From Selaginella moellendorffii (lineage: Eukaryota > Plantae > Lycopodiophyta): a DNA stretch of 64,000 nucleotides. Below the pieces are notes generated by a model, which was not told the DNA's origin, ran no database searches, and saw only the letters and a program-made list of their open reading frames with translations. Every line of letters begins with the position of its first letter. Within the stretch, counting starts at the first letter, position 1. Made by a program: the position numbers and the translations under genes. Location of the stretch: NCBI RefSeq assembly GCF_000143415.4, contig NW_003314298.1, positions 665,014 through 729,013 of the forward strand, read 5' to 3'. Below are positions 37,404-49,445 of the stretch, piece after piece.

Positions 37404-37772
37404 TCTGTGTGTGCCCTAGTCTCGATTTTAGGGCTTTGCAATTTTAGGGTTCTTGCATCTTTAACATTGAGGACGCCGCTCTTTCTTCGCGGCTCGCTTA
37501 TACGCGGATGCCACAACGATTTCTCGCGGCTTCCATGGTTCGCTGCCTTGTTCGACTGATGGACGCCACAGCGCCTTCTTCTCTCTCTCTCTTTTTCTCG
37601 CGCATTTAGTACTGGGGCACTGCGAAGATTCTATCGCGTGTGCTTTGCTCGTTCAGCTAATGCTACATTGCTAATCTCCTTTCGCAATGTCCTGGGATTT
37701 CTTTCATCTCTTCTTTTCTCTGGACAAAGATCTCATGGCATGTAGGAGAGATTCTTCGTTCTTCTCGCTTTT

Positions 37773-37924
37773 TCGTGCATCTTTTCTGGGGCTACACGCG
37801 ATTTAATTTCCAGTGCGTGTCGCTCATTCACACAATGCACAGACTAAATCTTGTCGATCTCTCCTGTGGCTTTCTGAGAGATTCACGCGATGAATCTTCT
37901 CATGCAGTTGGCAGGAGAACAAAA
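37773..37924 (+). ncRNA. Box H/ACA snoRNA copy 1 (predicted 5.8S rRNA pseudouridylation guide)
   Basis: Hairpin gtgcat...atgcac, H box AGACTA, hairpin tctcctg...caggaga, then ACA. The first pocket (TTCTG / ATTCACAC) pairs with 5.8S GUGUGAAU-UG-CAGAA, 15 nt from the H box. Confidence 0.82.
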
Positions 37925-38099
37925 AACCATCTTTCCTTTGATTTCGATGACACACCAAGGATCATCGTTTAGGACTCTTTGTTTGCAAAAAAAGTATAGC
38001 GATGGTACATCTGTACAGTGCGTTTCTCTAGAGAAAACTCGCGCAAAAACCCCCAGAGAGAATGAGAAAAGATGGAAAGAAAGTAAAACCAGACCTTTT

Positions 38100-41000
38100 T
38101 CTTCTCACAGTCACGTCCTTGACGTTGGGGCCTTTGTCCCACGAAGCAAACTGGCCCGCGACCTTCTTTAGCAGCACTCCAGCGTTAAAAATCGCGGTGG
38201 AGTCTCTCAGGTTACTCGGCTGTGGCAATCCAAACACCACCCGGTTCACGTCTTCGTCGACTTGCAGGCTGTAGACTTCGCTAAAAATCTGCAAAGCAAG
38301 AACAACTTGTAAGCTCTTACTGCTACCAGAAACGAGAGTCTAGCGAGCTTACTTTACACATTCTCTGGTCTGCTTGTATGTGAGGCTCACGAGCCCGCGA
38401 AACAACGTTTATGACAAGGATTCCTTCGGGTTCCAGAGCAGCTTTCGCATTGCGGAGGAATGTTTCGAGAAGGAATTCCTCGGGAGGGCAGCTTAGCCCA
38501 TTACTGCAACGGAGTTATCTGATCACTTCAACAAAGATCAACCCAGAAAAGAGAGAACCGAACCTTGGATCGGAGGAATCAGCGTCAATGAGTAGTATGT
38601 GCAATTTATGTCTAGTGTTCTCGCTGTTAGCTTGTTCTTCCATCTGAAATAAGAAATATTTGAGAGTTTCTTCTTTCAAGTTTGATCTTTCAACTCATAC
38701 CTCAAGTTTTGCTATAGCATCGACAGCGGCTAATCCATCTCCAAGTCTCAGCTGTAAGAGAATATATTATTGGTTAAGAAGAAAAAGGAAAATTGCATGC
38801 CTGCATGCGATCGTCTTCCAAAAATCCAAAGTGACGCTTTGCCAAATCAGCAACAACCGGATCCAGCTCCACTACCTTAAACAAGAAAAAAACTTTTGTC
38901 ATGTAACGAAAAAGAAAGAGAACACTTCACCTCAATGCTGTTGAAGGGAAAATGCTTGTACAGAAACATTGGGAGCAATCCAGCACCAAGCCCAACGATC
39001 ATCACACGAATCTGTACTAGTAGTTGAGGATTAATCCTTTGTCACAAGCAGAAAATAGCAAACACTTTGATTGCCATGCCTGTTCTTTGGAAGATACGCA
39101 TGACTCAATCTTAGTAGCGATCAAAGATAGGCCTGCCACTGATACGGACTGGCCAAGTAACTGTGATCTACCTTCATCTCATCCGTGGTGTCAGAAACAA
39201 ACACAAGAACAAGAAAGAAAAAAGTTACACTTTGATTAAAGTCAAGAAGTTTCTATACCACGTACTTTGTCTTCTCTGCGCTGCAATTTCTTTGCCATGT
39301 TTGTTTTTCTTTTTACTACCCGCGTTAGTAAAGCCTCCGACTGGATGAGGTTGGGATTACGTTTAAAGAACAGGCGTCGAAAGAAGGCCTTTTTTTGTCG
39401 GATGATACAACATCCTCTACAAGCATGGTACCCGTTAATGGAGAATCGATCTGAACAAAGGAGAGAAAAGTCAATGGTTTCTGTTTGTGAATCGATGCAC
39501 GGCATTGTTACCTCCTCCAGCAGAGTCCCTTTAGAAACTCCGTCCTGTGGCAGCAGGAAACTGTAGATTTTCGCAACCAAGAGTTAGAAACCTCACAGCA
39601 TAATTCTAGTCACTGAATTCTAGCATTATGCATTAGCCACTAGGCATTATTAATTAGAATTATAGCTTTCATGCAGCAGCAGCAACTATAGGTTTCTAAC
39701 CTGAAACCTATAATTCTAATTTCTAATTTCTAGTTGCTGCTGCTGCATAATGCCCATTGTAGGGAGAATCATGGCAAGAGCCAATCACCTGCTACACCTC
39801 ATGAGGAAGAATGATCAAGATGAAAGCTCGTGATTGGTACAGAAGCCTCTTCTGTGCCACCTTCGGCATATCATCAGGAAATCTGCTAACAGCAAGAAAT
39901 TCTGCGATACCCTGATACCACTCCAGCACAGCTACAAACCTAGTATAACAGCAGCTCCTCTACTTTTGATCGAGTTGAGAACATAGCTGGAATTTCTGTA
40001 GAAACTTGCCTGCCCTCCAACAAGAAAAGAAGAGCATTAGGCAGCTCATCATAAACTCCTTCCTTGGCAGGTTCTCCTAGTAATCTCGAAAGATGATCAG
40101 GCATCACATGAGATTTTCCCAGCTTCAACACGATCTTGAATTCGAATTCTTGAAGCAGAAGCAACCAGCGAGTGATTCGGCTGTGTCAACAAGGCTTGTT
40201 GATAAGATAGCGCAGCGCCTAGTGATCTAGATAGAAGAGAAATGGCTTTCCCAGTAGATAGTGGCGATATTTAGAAACAGCAAACACCATTCCTAAGCCC
40301 TTGCGTTCAGGGGCTGTATAATTCTTCTCAGCCAGAGATAACTACCTGCTCGAATAAAAGATGGGATGATCCCAACCATTAATTGGCTAGCATAAAACAA
40401 CACCAATAGCAAAAGCTGAGGTGTTGACATGCACATGGAATTTCAAATTCCAGTCTGGCGGCTTAAGAATTGGAGCGGTCGTCAAGGCTCACTTCAACTG
40501 TATAAAAGAAGCTTGGCACTCAGGGGTCCACACAAAAGGAACGTTCTTTTTCAAGAGGCCCATCAAAGGAAAAGCTACATCAGCATAATGTTGGATAAAG
40601 CGTCGGTGATAACCAACATGGCTAAGAAAACCTTGTAGCTCCTTCACGGTCTGTGGTGCCTCAAGCTCCTCCACTACATTCACTTTTGCAGGATCCACCT
40701 CCAAGCCTTGAGCCGAGACGACCCTGCCAAGCAACCACCGTGCGTTACTCCGAATTGGTACTTCCCAGGATTAAGAGAAATACCAAACTTCCGGCATTGC
40801 TGGAACACTACACGAAGCTGTTCTAGATGTTTCCTGCAGCTTCCAAAAGTCGAGAAGTCATCCAAGAAGACTTCCACACTCTCATGAAGAAGAGATCTGA
40901 ATGCTGAAGTCACCACACGTTGGAAAGTAGCCGGTGCGTTTGTCAAATCGAATGGCATGACACAAAAGATATAGCAGCCCCACTCTGTAACAAATGCCGT

Positions 41001-44000
41001 CTTTGCTCGATCCTCAGGAGCCACCTAGATCTGGTTATATCCACTATAACCATCCATAAAGCTGTACAACTCCTTCCTTGTGACCCCATCCAACACCACA
41101 TCTATGAAGGGAAGAGAAAATCCATCCTGCCTCATTGCAGCATTAAGGCGGCGATAATCCACACACACTCTAAGTTTACCATTCTTCTTTCGGACCACTA
41201 CGATTGGCAAAAGCCAATCTGTAGCCTCCACTTCTTCAATAAATCCTGCATCCAACAGCTTCTGAAGCTCTTCACACACAGCCTTAGCATAGCTCATATT
41301 CATCTTATAAGCTCTTTATTGCTGTGGCACTGCATCTGGAAGCAAGGGAATCCTTTGTTGCACCAGCTCTGGATCTACTCCAGCAAGTTTAGCATGGCTC
41401 CATGCAAACACATTTTGAAACTCCAAAAGTAGTTGACGATAAGCTTCCACCTCCTCCTTGGTGAGTTGGTGTCCCACCAGTAACTCACGTCGCTCGTCAC
41501 CAACCTGCTCCATAAACACAGCTTGTGTTTGGGGTGCCTTTCCAAAATAATCTGAATCAACTTGAGAACAAGCGGAAGTTTCCTTGAGTGGAAGATCAGC
41601 AACCTACTCCTTACAAAAATAGCTGGGATAATTTCAGCTGTTGGCACCACGTCCACGGAAATTTGATGACCAGCTAGCGGTCCATCCCTAATTTGAATTG
41701 GTTGCATTGGTGATGACTTGAGCATACTACGATCCTTGCATGCTGCCACTTGCTTTTTAACTTTGAAACCTTCTCGACTTTCAGCATATAAGAAAAGTGA
41801 TAGTCAAACGCACTGATATTAGACAAGATGATTGTCCAAGATTGATGATTATCATCTTCAACCACCAGAGTACCAGTCACATAGTCATGACTGGTACAAC
41901 TAGTATGGACAACTATATCCTGCTGGGACAAGATTTTTTTAAGGCAGCAAGAGTGTCTCATCAGTGGAATGATCCTCTTCACTTGTGGATTCCAAATCCA
42001 CATGGTAGTGACAGAGTGCAAATCAGCATGGAAGAAGGGGATGAGCCCAGTGAGGAGGTGCCACCAGAAAATCCAGGTCAACTGGAAATTTTGGTATCTT
42101 AATCGTCAAATTTGGAACTCTATATATGATCTGCTTTAACTCTTCTGCTCGCATAGCCCAGCATGGCTGCTCCACTGAATAGCTTTGAGCTGGCAAGTGG
42201 CAACTAGTTCCTCACTCAAAAAATTGTTCCTCACATCAGGATTCAAAATGCAGTCCATCCCCTTCTCATGAAGCACCATAGCTATGTAGCAAGGAAAAGG
42301 GCTCTATCCTCGCCACTGTCTGGCAGCAGTCTCTTCTTCCTCCACCTGTACGCTGGTGAAAGGCAACTCTCCATCCTTTCCTAACAGCCAGCTCTCAAGC
42401 TCCTCAGTGTTGCATGCTGAAAGAGGCTTACCCCAGGAATTCCTGGCGACAACAGCCACATCCACCATTTCTAGCTCCTCACAACTGGTTGTGCTGCTGC
42501 TACCCTCCTCATCATCCTCATTTTTTGTCTGGCTGCTAGAATTGGATGTATCAGAATTGTTTTCATCCTCCTATTCTGCCCCAAATACTCGCCGTGCCCT
42601 AAGGCAAAAATGAACTTGGGCTTTTAACACAATTATTGCCATTGCCAATGGTAAGAATTCCTGTACACCAATTATGCACAGCTGTGGCCTGGAGAAGCCA
42701 AGGACGTTTGAGCAGTAGTGGATAGCCCAACATGCCCTCCTTCATCTTCAAGACCATAAAATCGATGTAGAAAACTAGACCAGCAATCTGAGTGCTAACA
42801 CTGGTCACGATTCCTCTTGGCTGGACACGTCTCTAGTTGGCCATTTTAACCATAAACACCACTGGAACTAGTTCTGGAAGATTGAACTTTTGCCATGTCT
42901 CCTCAGGCAAAATATTCACCCCACTTCCACCATCGATCACAGCACGACAGATCAGCTTGCCTTGCATCTCCATGTCTATACAGGGGGAGCTGAGATCTGT
43001 GATAAGGGGCCAGACTGAATTAACCAGTACTTCTTGATGTCCCTTCATGGCCACGGCCAACACTTTCTTCATGCCTAGAGCCAATTGCAAGAGCTGGGCG
43101 AATGTGACGTTCGGGCGTTGACTATCCAAGTCTTGTAGAATATTGTACGGCTGTGTTTCCAGATTCAGCATTTGTTTCCACTTCTTGCATAGCACCTTGG
43201 CGACTCCCTAGCCCTTGTTAAGAGCCATAGCTGGGGTAGTTATTTCAGGATCAGGGACTGGTTTATCTTGGTCATTTGTAACCGGTGGATCTGATCTGGG
43301 CTGCTTACTCTCTCTTTTCTTCTTGCAGTTCTTTCTTGCATTTTTCTTTGGGTCATCCTCCTCCTCAGCATCATCAATTACAAAGTTCTCCATCTGTTGC
43401 TGCCTCCATGCCCGTGTCATAACTCCAGATTCTGGTGCAGCTTGCTGGACAAAAATTGCATCGCTTTCTACGACCCCCTTTCCCTTGCTTGGCTTAAGCT
43501 TATGCAAGGAATTGTCTTGTTTGTCCTGTGTCTAACAAATTCCACATATGGGCTGGTACCCAATCTGCTTCCTGGGATGTGGATAGTTTGGTGAAATGTG
43601 GCCCATCTCATCGCAATTCTAGCATTGAACAGGTCCTCTAGGGGAAGCTCCTTGTCCACGGCCGCCTAGAATTGGTGTTGCTGCATATATTGGAATCATA
43701 TTTGGCATATACCACTAAATCACTAGCTCGTAGCTCATGATCTGGACTGGAGGAGAAAATAGGGGTTGAAAAAAGGTCAGTGCTCAAGCCGAAGATGATG
43801 GTGATAATGGTGCAGTCTGGATGTAACTTGCAGGGATTGCTGGATTTCCTGGCCTGTAAAAACAATCCTCTGAGCAATGATTAGTCGCCGACAATACTGG
43901 CACTTCTCTCGATTCACCACTAGCTGTGGACACTCATTTGGGTAGTGTCCATAATTGTTGCATAACACACACAAGATGTTTTCCTGCTGCCGCACGGGCT

Positions 44001-46460
44001 GTGGACTACTCTATACCCCTCTGACCCAGTTCAATTGCAAGTCACTCATCTTTTTTGTCATGACTTCCACCATGTCTTCCTTTATTTTTTTAATCTCTGC
44101 TTGGATGTCCATTATAGTTGCTGCTGGATTTGGAACTGCACTTGTTGAAGCTTGCCATTGTTGCTATTGCTGGCAGCTATAATCCATCATCCCAAGACCC
44201 ATTCCACAGACTCCAAAAGGCTGCTATCTAGTAGCTATTGGTTGTTGCAGTGTGCTTTTAGGTCCTCCCATCATAGAATTCATCATTCCATTGCCGAAAG
44301 CTTCCAATTCAAAATTATTGAAGTGGTGTCTCATTTTGAGCTGCGCTTGCTCCCAGGTTCCCGCCAGACAAATTGTATCGGCCAAGGTTTGTGGATTATG
44401 GCACAAGACATGAAAGCTAATTGCATGAGGCAAAGCCATTCATGTAGTATTGTCCTTGCTCTTCTTCTTTCGGCTGTGGCTGCTTCTTGAGGATCAATCC
44501 CTTGAACCTTAATGTATAGCTTTGTAAACTCTTGCTAGGCAAGAGTTGGAAATGACTCAGATCACTCATGAGCCGCTGTGAAAAGCCTACCGGCCAAAAG
44601 GTTGCCAAAAAGGATGCCCTCAATGCTGCCCAATCTGTCGCTGCTGGAACTTGAGCCATCTATTCTATAGCTACGCCTTGTAACGTGGCTGGAAAAAAGT
44701 TTCTTGCGATCTGCTGCATCTGCTTTGTCATTTGTTGTAGATGTATTCTTGAACGTTGTCACGCGGGCATCTGGATCTCCTATACCATTAAAGATGGTAT
44801 ACTTCATTTTTGTCATTGCCATATTCCCTACTTGTTGTTGCCAAGATTGTTGTACTTGTTGAATTGGTGGCTGCCACTGCTGCTCTATTGGCTGTTGCCA
44901 TGGCAATGATGACTGGAACTCCTGCCACTCATCTTCTTGTTCCTGATTGTTCTTCTACTCGCTGATAGGACTGCTTAGCTAAGGATTTGCACTCCTCGTA
45001 CTTGGACTCTCAAGATCATAAACTAGTGGCGAATTTCTCGCAAGAATTCTTGCCTCTCTCTCACGTCTTTGCTTCGCTCATCTTTCCTCTCACTCTTGTG
45101 CTTCTACAAGTCTCGCTAAGTACTCTTGACTTCTTTGGCTCATACACCAAGAATGAATAGCCTTGATTTGGTGAGGGCAGCCCAGATTCTCCTGGCGCTC
45201 ACCCTTCTACCACAATCTCCATGCTCGCTTCGCTTCTCAGGTAGTGCACCAAAAGATGTTGCTCCTCGTGATGACACACTAGTGACGTGGAGAATCACTA
45301 TTGCCTAGCCTCATCTTTAGCCTCGTCGGCGACCTTTGCTAAAACCTCTGCTTACATCCACAAGTTGAACAACTCACACAGATTGGTTGATCTTGAGTGA
45401 TTCTCACTGTGATGCACTCCTCAAACAACCGTAGTCGCCACTGCACCGCCAACCTCCGCTCCATGCACTCCAAACGAGGTATCCTTCCAAGAACCTTCTC
45501 TTTTTTTTCACTCCCTTCACTTCTACACACATGCTATGCCTGGAAATTGGCTATCCCCCCTGTTTTCAACCTTTGGCACCAAGGGATGCACCCATTTCCA
45601 GCCAAATATTCCCTTATTCCCCCACTATAAAGGATAAAACCCCCGACTTTGACCAAGTCTTATTCTTGAGTTGGCTCTGGCCCTTGACAGTCTGACAGTC
45701 AGTTTCGAAGTAAACCTGTCCGAAAAGAAGAAACACAGGTTATTTCCAACAGATGAATCGATGCAAGTTTTATAGTCAGCAAGTCTTACCATGATAAGCT
45801 GAGTGGCCTTGGCACTTTTGACCACTTGCCATTGTCCTTCCTTGGATGAATAGAGCCACTCGTGAGCCTTGGCCTGTCGCAAAAGTATCAAGACCTTGGA
45901 GGCTTTCGAAATGAAATCGAACGTACCTTTGGCACCAAAAACACAGTGCACGCATTAGGCATGACTGCCTATCCAATCTTGGCGTCGAGAACTATTGCTT
46001 TGAATGTTCCTCCCAGAGTGAGAACAGATCTCCAAGAGGGTTGGAGCTTTTCAAAGTCACGAAACTCTGGTCCTCTTGCATTTTCCTTCTTTATTGCTGC
46101 GATGTTTTGCGGCTGGAAACATTGGTGTTGGTCTTTTCATAAGAGAAAAACTCAGAAAAAAACTCACATGGAGATCGGACGAAAGATCATAAGAGATCAA
46201 GGAGAGATCGCTTGTCGTCTCTTTCGTGGCAGCAAATAACAGCGGCTTCAGCTTGGACGAAGCCTGAGCAATCGGCACCTGGTAGACAGCTACTTGCCAA
46301 CCATGTCGAAACGTTGATAATAGCAATCCTATAAAACACAACGTGATCTTTGAAAAACGAAACACACGGCTAATTCTTCCACATACCGATTACGTGACTT
46401 TCGGCTAAGGTGATGCAAGCATACTTTCCCAAACGCCTGAACACTCTTTTGACCTGTCCA
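38100..46460 (-). pseudogene. METTL13: METTL13/eEF1A-KNMT-like methyltransferase copy 1, 5'-truncated and split by a Ty3/gypsy element
   Basis: VKRVFRRLGKYACITLAESHV, LLLSTFRHGW, HEWLYSSKEGQWQVV, RRLFFKRNPNLIQSEALL, IVGLGAGLLPMF, SCPPEEFL and LVINVVSR. The N-terminal exons are absent at the unit junction. Confidence 0.85.
39770..45689 (-). mobile_element. Degenerate, 3'-truncated Ty3/gypsy LTR retrotransposon (non-chromovirus-like)
   Basis: 5' LTR TG..CA at 45257-45689 followed by a PBS-like TGGTGCAC. Gag with CVLCNNYGHYPNEC knuckle, protease AVIDGGSGVNIL, RT KLRVCVDYRRLN/MDGYSGYNQI/FLDDF and RNase H. Stops and frameshifts throughout; no integrase or 3' LTR seen. Confidence 0.92.
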
Positions 46461-46928
46461 AACCTTAACAACATACTCTAATTATCTATGGACCTTTGAA
46501 GTTTTACTCCCCCCAGGCCTCATCCACAGCAACCTCTCCATCAAAGTCACCAGCTGTGAGTTTAATGCTTTACTTAACATTGATCTAATTAACAGGTCAT
46601 ATATAGCCTTGAGCCTTAATACTGAACATTCTTATTGAATATTTATTTTTACCATAAACCTGGCTTGGCTGAATCTAGAGTACAGGCATGGAGTAATTGT
46701 CTAGGTAATGAGGACGAGTTATTTCTCAGTTCATAAACGTATCTCGTTTATTAAATAGCAACATTTATTCATTAGATATTATTTTGAAGGATTGGTGAAA
46801 AATTATAGACGTGAACCATCCACCCTCTTTTCCTTAAGGAAAATCTAGTTGAGCGAATTTCTCATTTGCCAGTATAAAAGTCCAACAGTGGGATCACAAC
46901 CCACAATCTCTACAACTCGCATTGTATC

Positions 46929-47406
46929 ATGCCTTCGCAGTTTATTATCTGCTTAGTCTTTGCTCTTGTAGCGCTTGCAGGGACAAGCAACGCTGTAAGC
47001 TATTAGTTTGTTGCAAATGCCCATACTAGAACTATAGCTAATCAGACTCAATCTGGTTTTGATGCAGGCATGCAACTTTGAGGATAGCTGTGACAAGAAC
47101 TCGGAGGTTATAAGCGGCACAACATTGACTGCCAAATGTTACAAGCCCAATGGCCAGCTCCAAAGGAGCAGCATTAATCTTAACGATTGCTTCAGCAACA
47201 ATGGAGGCACCCTCAACTGTGGCAGAAACTTTGTTGCCTCGTGCCAGAATGTAGTGATCACCCCGTGGTACCATCCTCCAGCTCCAGGTCCTGCTTCCAT
47301 CAATGCGCAGTGCTATGGCAATGGCCAGTATCGTTATACCTCAGTACTGATTAACAAGTGTGTGCAGAACAACAATGGATTCCTCCAGTGTTGTAGCAGG
47401 AAGTGA
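46929..47406 (+). CDS. Secreted cyanovirin-N homologue (CVNH lectin) copy 2, intact, 134 aa
   Basis: Exon 1 (46929-46994) MPSQFIICLVFALVALAGTSNA, intron 46995-47067, exon 2 ACNFEDSC..LTAKC...SSINLNDCFSNNGGTL-NFVASC...INAQC...SVLINKCVQNNNGFL. This shows the two CVNH half-repeats. TATAAAA at 46873. Confidence 0.9.
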
Positions 47407-47713
47407 GTGAAGTTTCTCGTGATAAAGCGATGTTATCTTAATATCAAATAAAGTTGTTATTTAAGTTTCTTGTCTTTTGATTTTAGGGTTCTTGAATCTT
47501 AACACTGAGGCACCGCTCTTTCTTCGCGGATGCCACAACGATTTTCCCCAAGAGCTTTTGCAACAAACATGCTCAATCTGGCTTTTCGCAAAGTAGCGAT
47601 TTACCACCTTGTTGTTCATTCACCACCATTCTAACAACGATGCCGATCATCACAGCATTAGCTCACAGCAGAGCCCTGGATCTTCTTCAAGAAAGAACTC
47701 CCGATTTTCAGCA

Positions 47714-48742
47714 CTAACAAGACAACCAAGCAAAGTCCACGAATCCTGGCACAGCCTTGGGCGCCTCTTCCACTGACCAGCTCTTGGAATCGACTCCAAA
47801 GTGCACAATCCGTGAGTTATCCCTGTCAAGCAGCCATATACTGTTGCTCCCATCAGTGCAAACAGTGCGCACCTCCAAATCATCAAACTCCTCATCACGG
47901 CTCGAAACAATCTCCCACTTCTCTCCCCGCCTCTCTACGACAACCAGCCCCTCGTGATCTTCCGCCTCCAACTCATTACTAACCACGAACAGCCGATCCC
48001 GATCCAGCTGAAGAAAGGACCACCTCCATTGGAACATCAACTCGTCGGAATCAAGCTCGAGAATGCGCCAGGAATCATCCCACAAGTTGTATCTCACGAA
48101 GGCATCCCTGCCAACCATCACCACCTCCCCGTGATCCAGCATCGGATAGAAACCATCCCCGTTCTCCATGTCCCCTGTGACTGGGTAGTGTTTGTTCTCG
48201 CGCAAGGACCACTCGCCCGAGGACGAGTCGTAGATGTAGAAGGCGCCCCATGGCCCGAAACTAGCGACGCAAAACTCTCGCGTCGATCGATCCCTCTCGC
48301 GTCGGTACACCGTCAAGCGCACCTCAGGGCCGGCCTCTGGCGGCAAAGGAACTCTCACCGGGGAGGAGTTGAGATCGCTGTAGCGCCACACGAAGATGGA
48401 GGATAGCGCCAACCAGTTCCCAAACGTGGCCAGGCACAGCAAGCCCGCGTCGCTGCTGGCGATGGTCATGTCGTTGGGGAGCGTCTGGAAGTGGCGCCAC
48501 TCGCTGCGAGGGGAGCTGTCGAGCGGCTTGACGAGGAGGGATCCAGAGAGACGAAGGAAGAGGTGAGGGATGCAGCGGTGGGAGAGAGCGTAGCCTTTGC
48601 GGAAGATGCGATCGTCAATTGCTCGTCGCCATTCGCGGCACACGCACCTGGCCTGGCACAGATCGATCGCGGACAGCCTGAGGAAGACGAGCTCCACCTC
48701 TGTCACGACTTCGCCGCTGGCGATCGCTCCTCTTTGCCGCAT
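47714..48742 (-). CDS. Intronless F-box protein, cassette copy 2
   Basis: 342-aa paralogue of 36369..37403. Confidence 0.88.
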   Translation of the reverse strand: MRQRGAIASGEVVTEVELVFLRLSAIDLCQARCVCREWRRAIDDRIFRKGYALSHRCIPHLFLRLSGSLLVKPLDSSPRSEWRHFQTLPNDMTIASSDAGLLCLATFGNWLALSSIFVWRYSDLNSSPVRVPLPPEAGPEVRLTVYRRERDRSTREFCVASFGPWGAFYIYDSSSGEWSLRENKHYPVTGDMENGDGFYPMLDHGEVVMVGRDAFVRYNLWDDSWRILELDSDELMFQWRWSFLQLDRDRLFVVSNELEAEDHEGLVVVERRGEKWEIVSSRDEEFDDLEVRTVCTDGSNSIWLLDRDNSRIVHFGVDSKSWSVEEAPKAVPGFVDFAWLSC

Positions 48743-49129
48743 TGTGTGTGTGCCCTAGTCTCGATTTTAGGGCTTTACAATTTTAGGGTTCTTGCATCTT
48801 TAACATTGAGGGCGCCGCTCTTTCTTCGCGGCTCGCTTATACGCGGATGCCACAACGATTTCTCGCGGCTTCCATGGCACGGGTCAGTGATTCGTTGTTC
48901 GCTGCCTTGTTCGACTGATGGACGCCACATCGCCCTCTTCTCTCTCTCTTTTTTTCTCGCGCATTTAGTACTGGGGCACTGCGAAGATTCTATCGCGTGC
49001 GCTTTGCCCGTTCAGCTAATGCTACATTGCTAATCTCCTTTCGCAATGTCCTGGGATTTCTTTCATCTCTTCTTCTATGGACAAAGATCTCATCTCATGT
49101 AGGAGAGATTCTTCGTTCTTCTCGCTTTT

Positions 49130-49281
49130 TCGTGCATCTTTTCTGGGGCTACACGCGATTTAATTTCCAGTGCGTGTCGCTCATTCACACAATGCACAGA
49201 CTAAATCTTGTCGATCTCTCCTGTGGCTTTCTGAGAGATTCACGCGATGAATCTTCTCATGCAGTTGGCAGGAGAACAAAA
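49130..49281 (+). ncRNA. Box H/ACA snoRNA copy 2
   Basis: Appears identical by eye to 37773-37924. Confidence 0.82.
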
Positions 49282-49445
49282 AACCATCTTTCCTTTGATT
49301 ACGATGACACACCAAGGATCATCGTTTAGGACTCTTTGTTTGCAAAAAAAGTATAGCGATGGTACATCTGTACAGTGCGTTTCTCTAGAGAAAACTCGCG
49401 CAAAAACCCCCAGAGAATGAGGCAAGGTGACCTTTTTCTTCTCAG

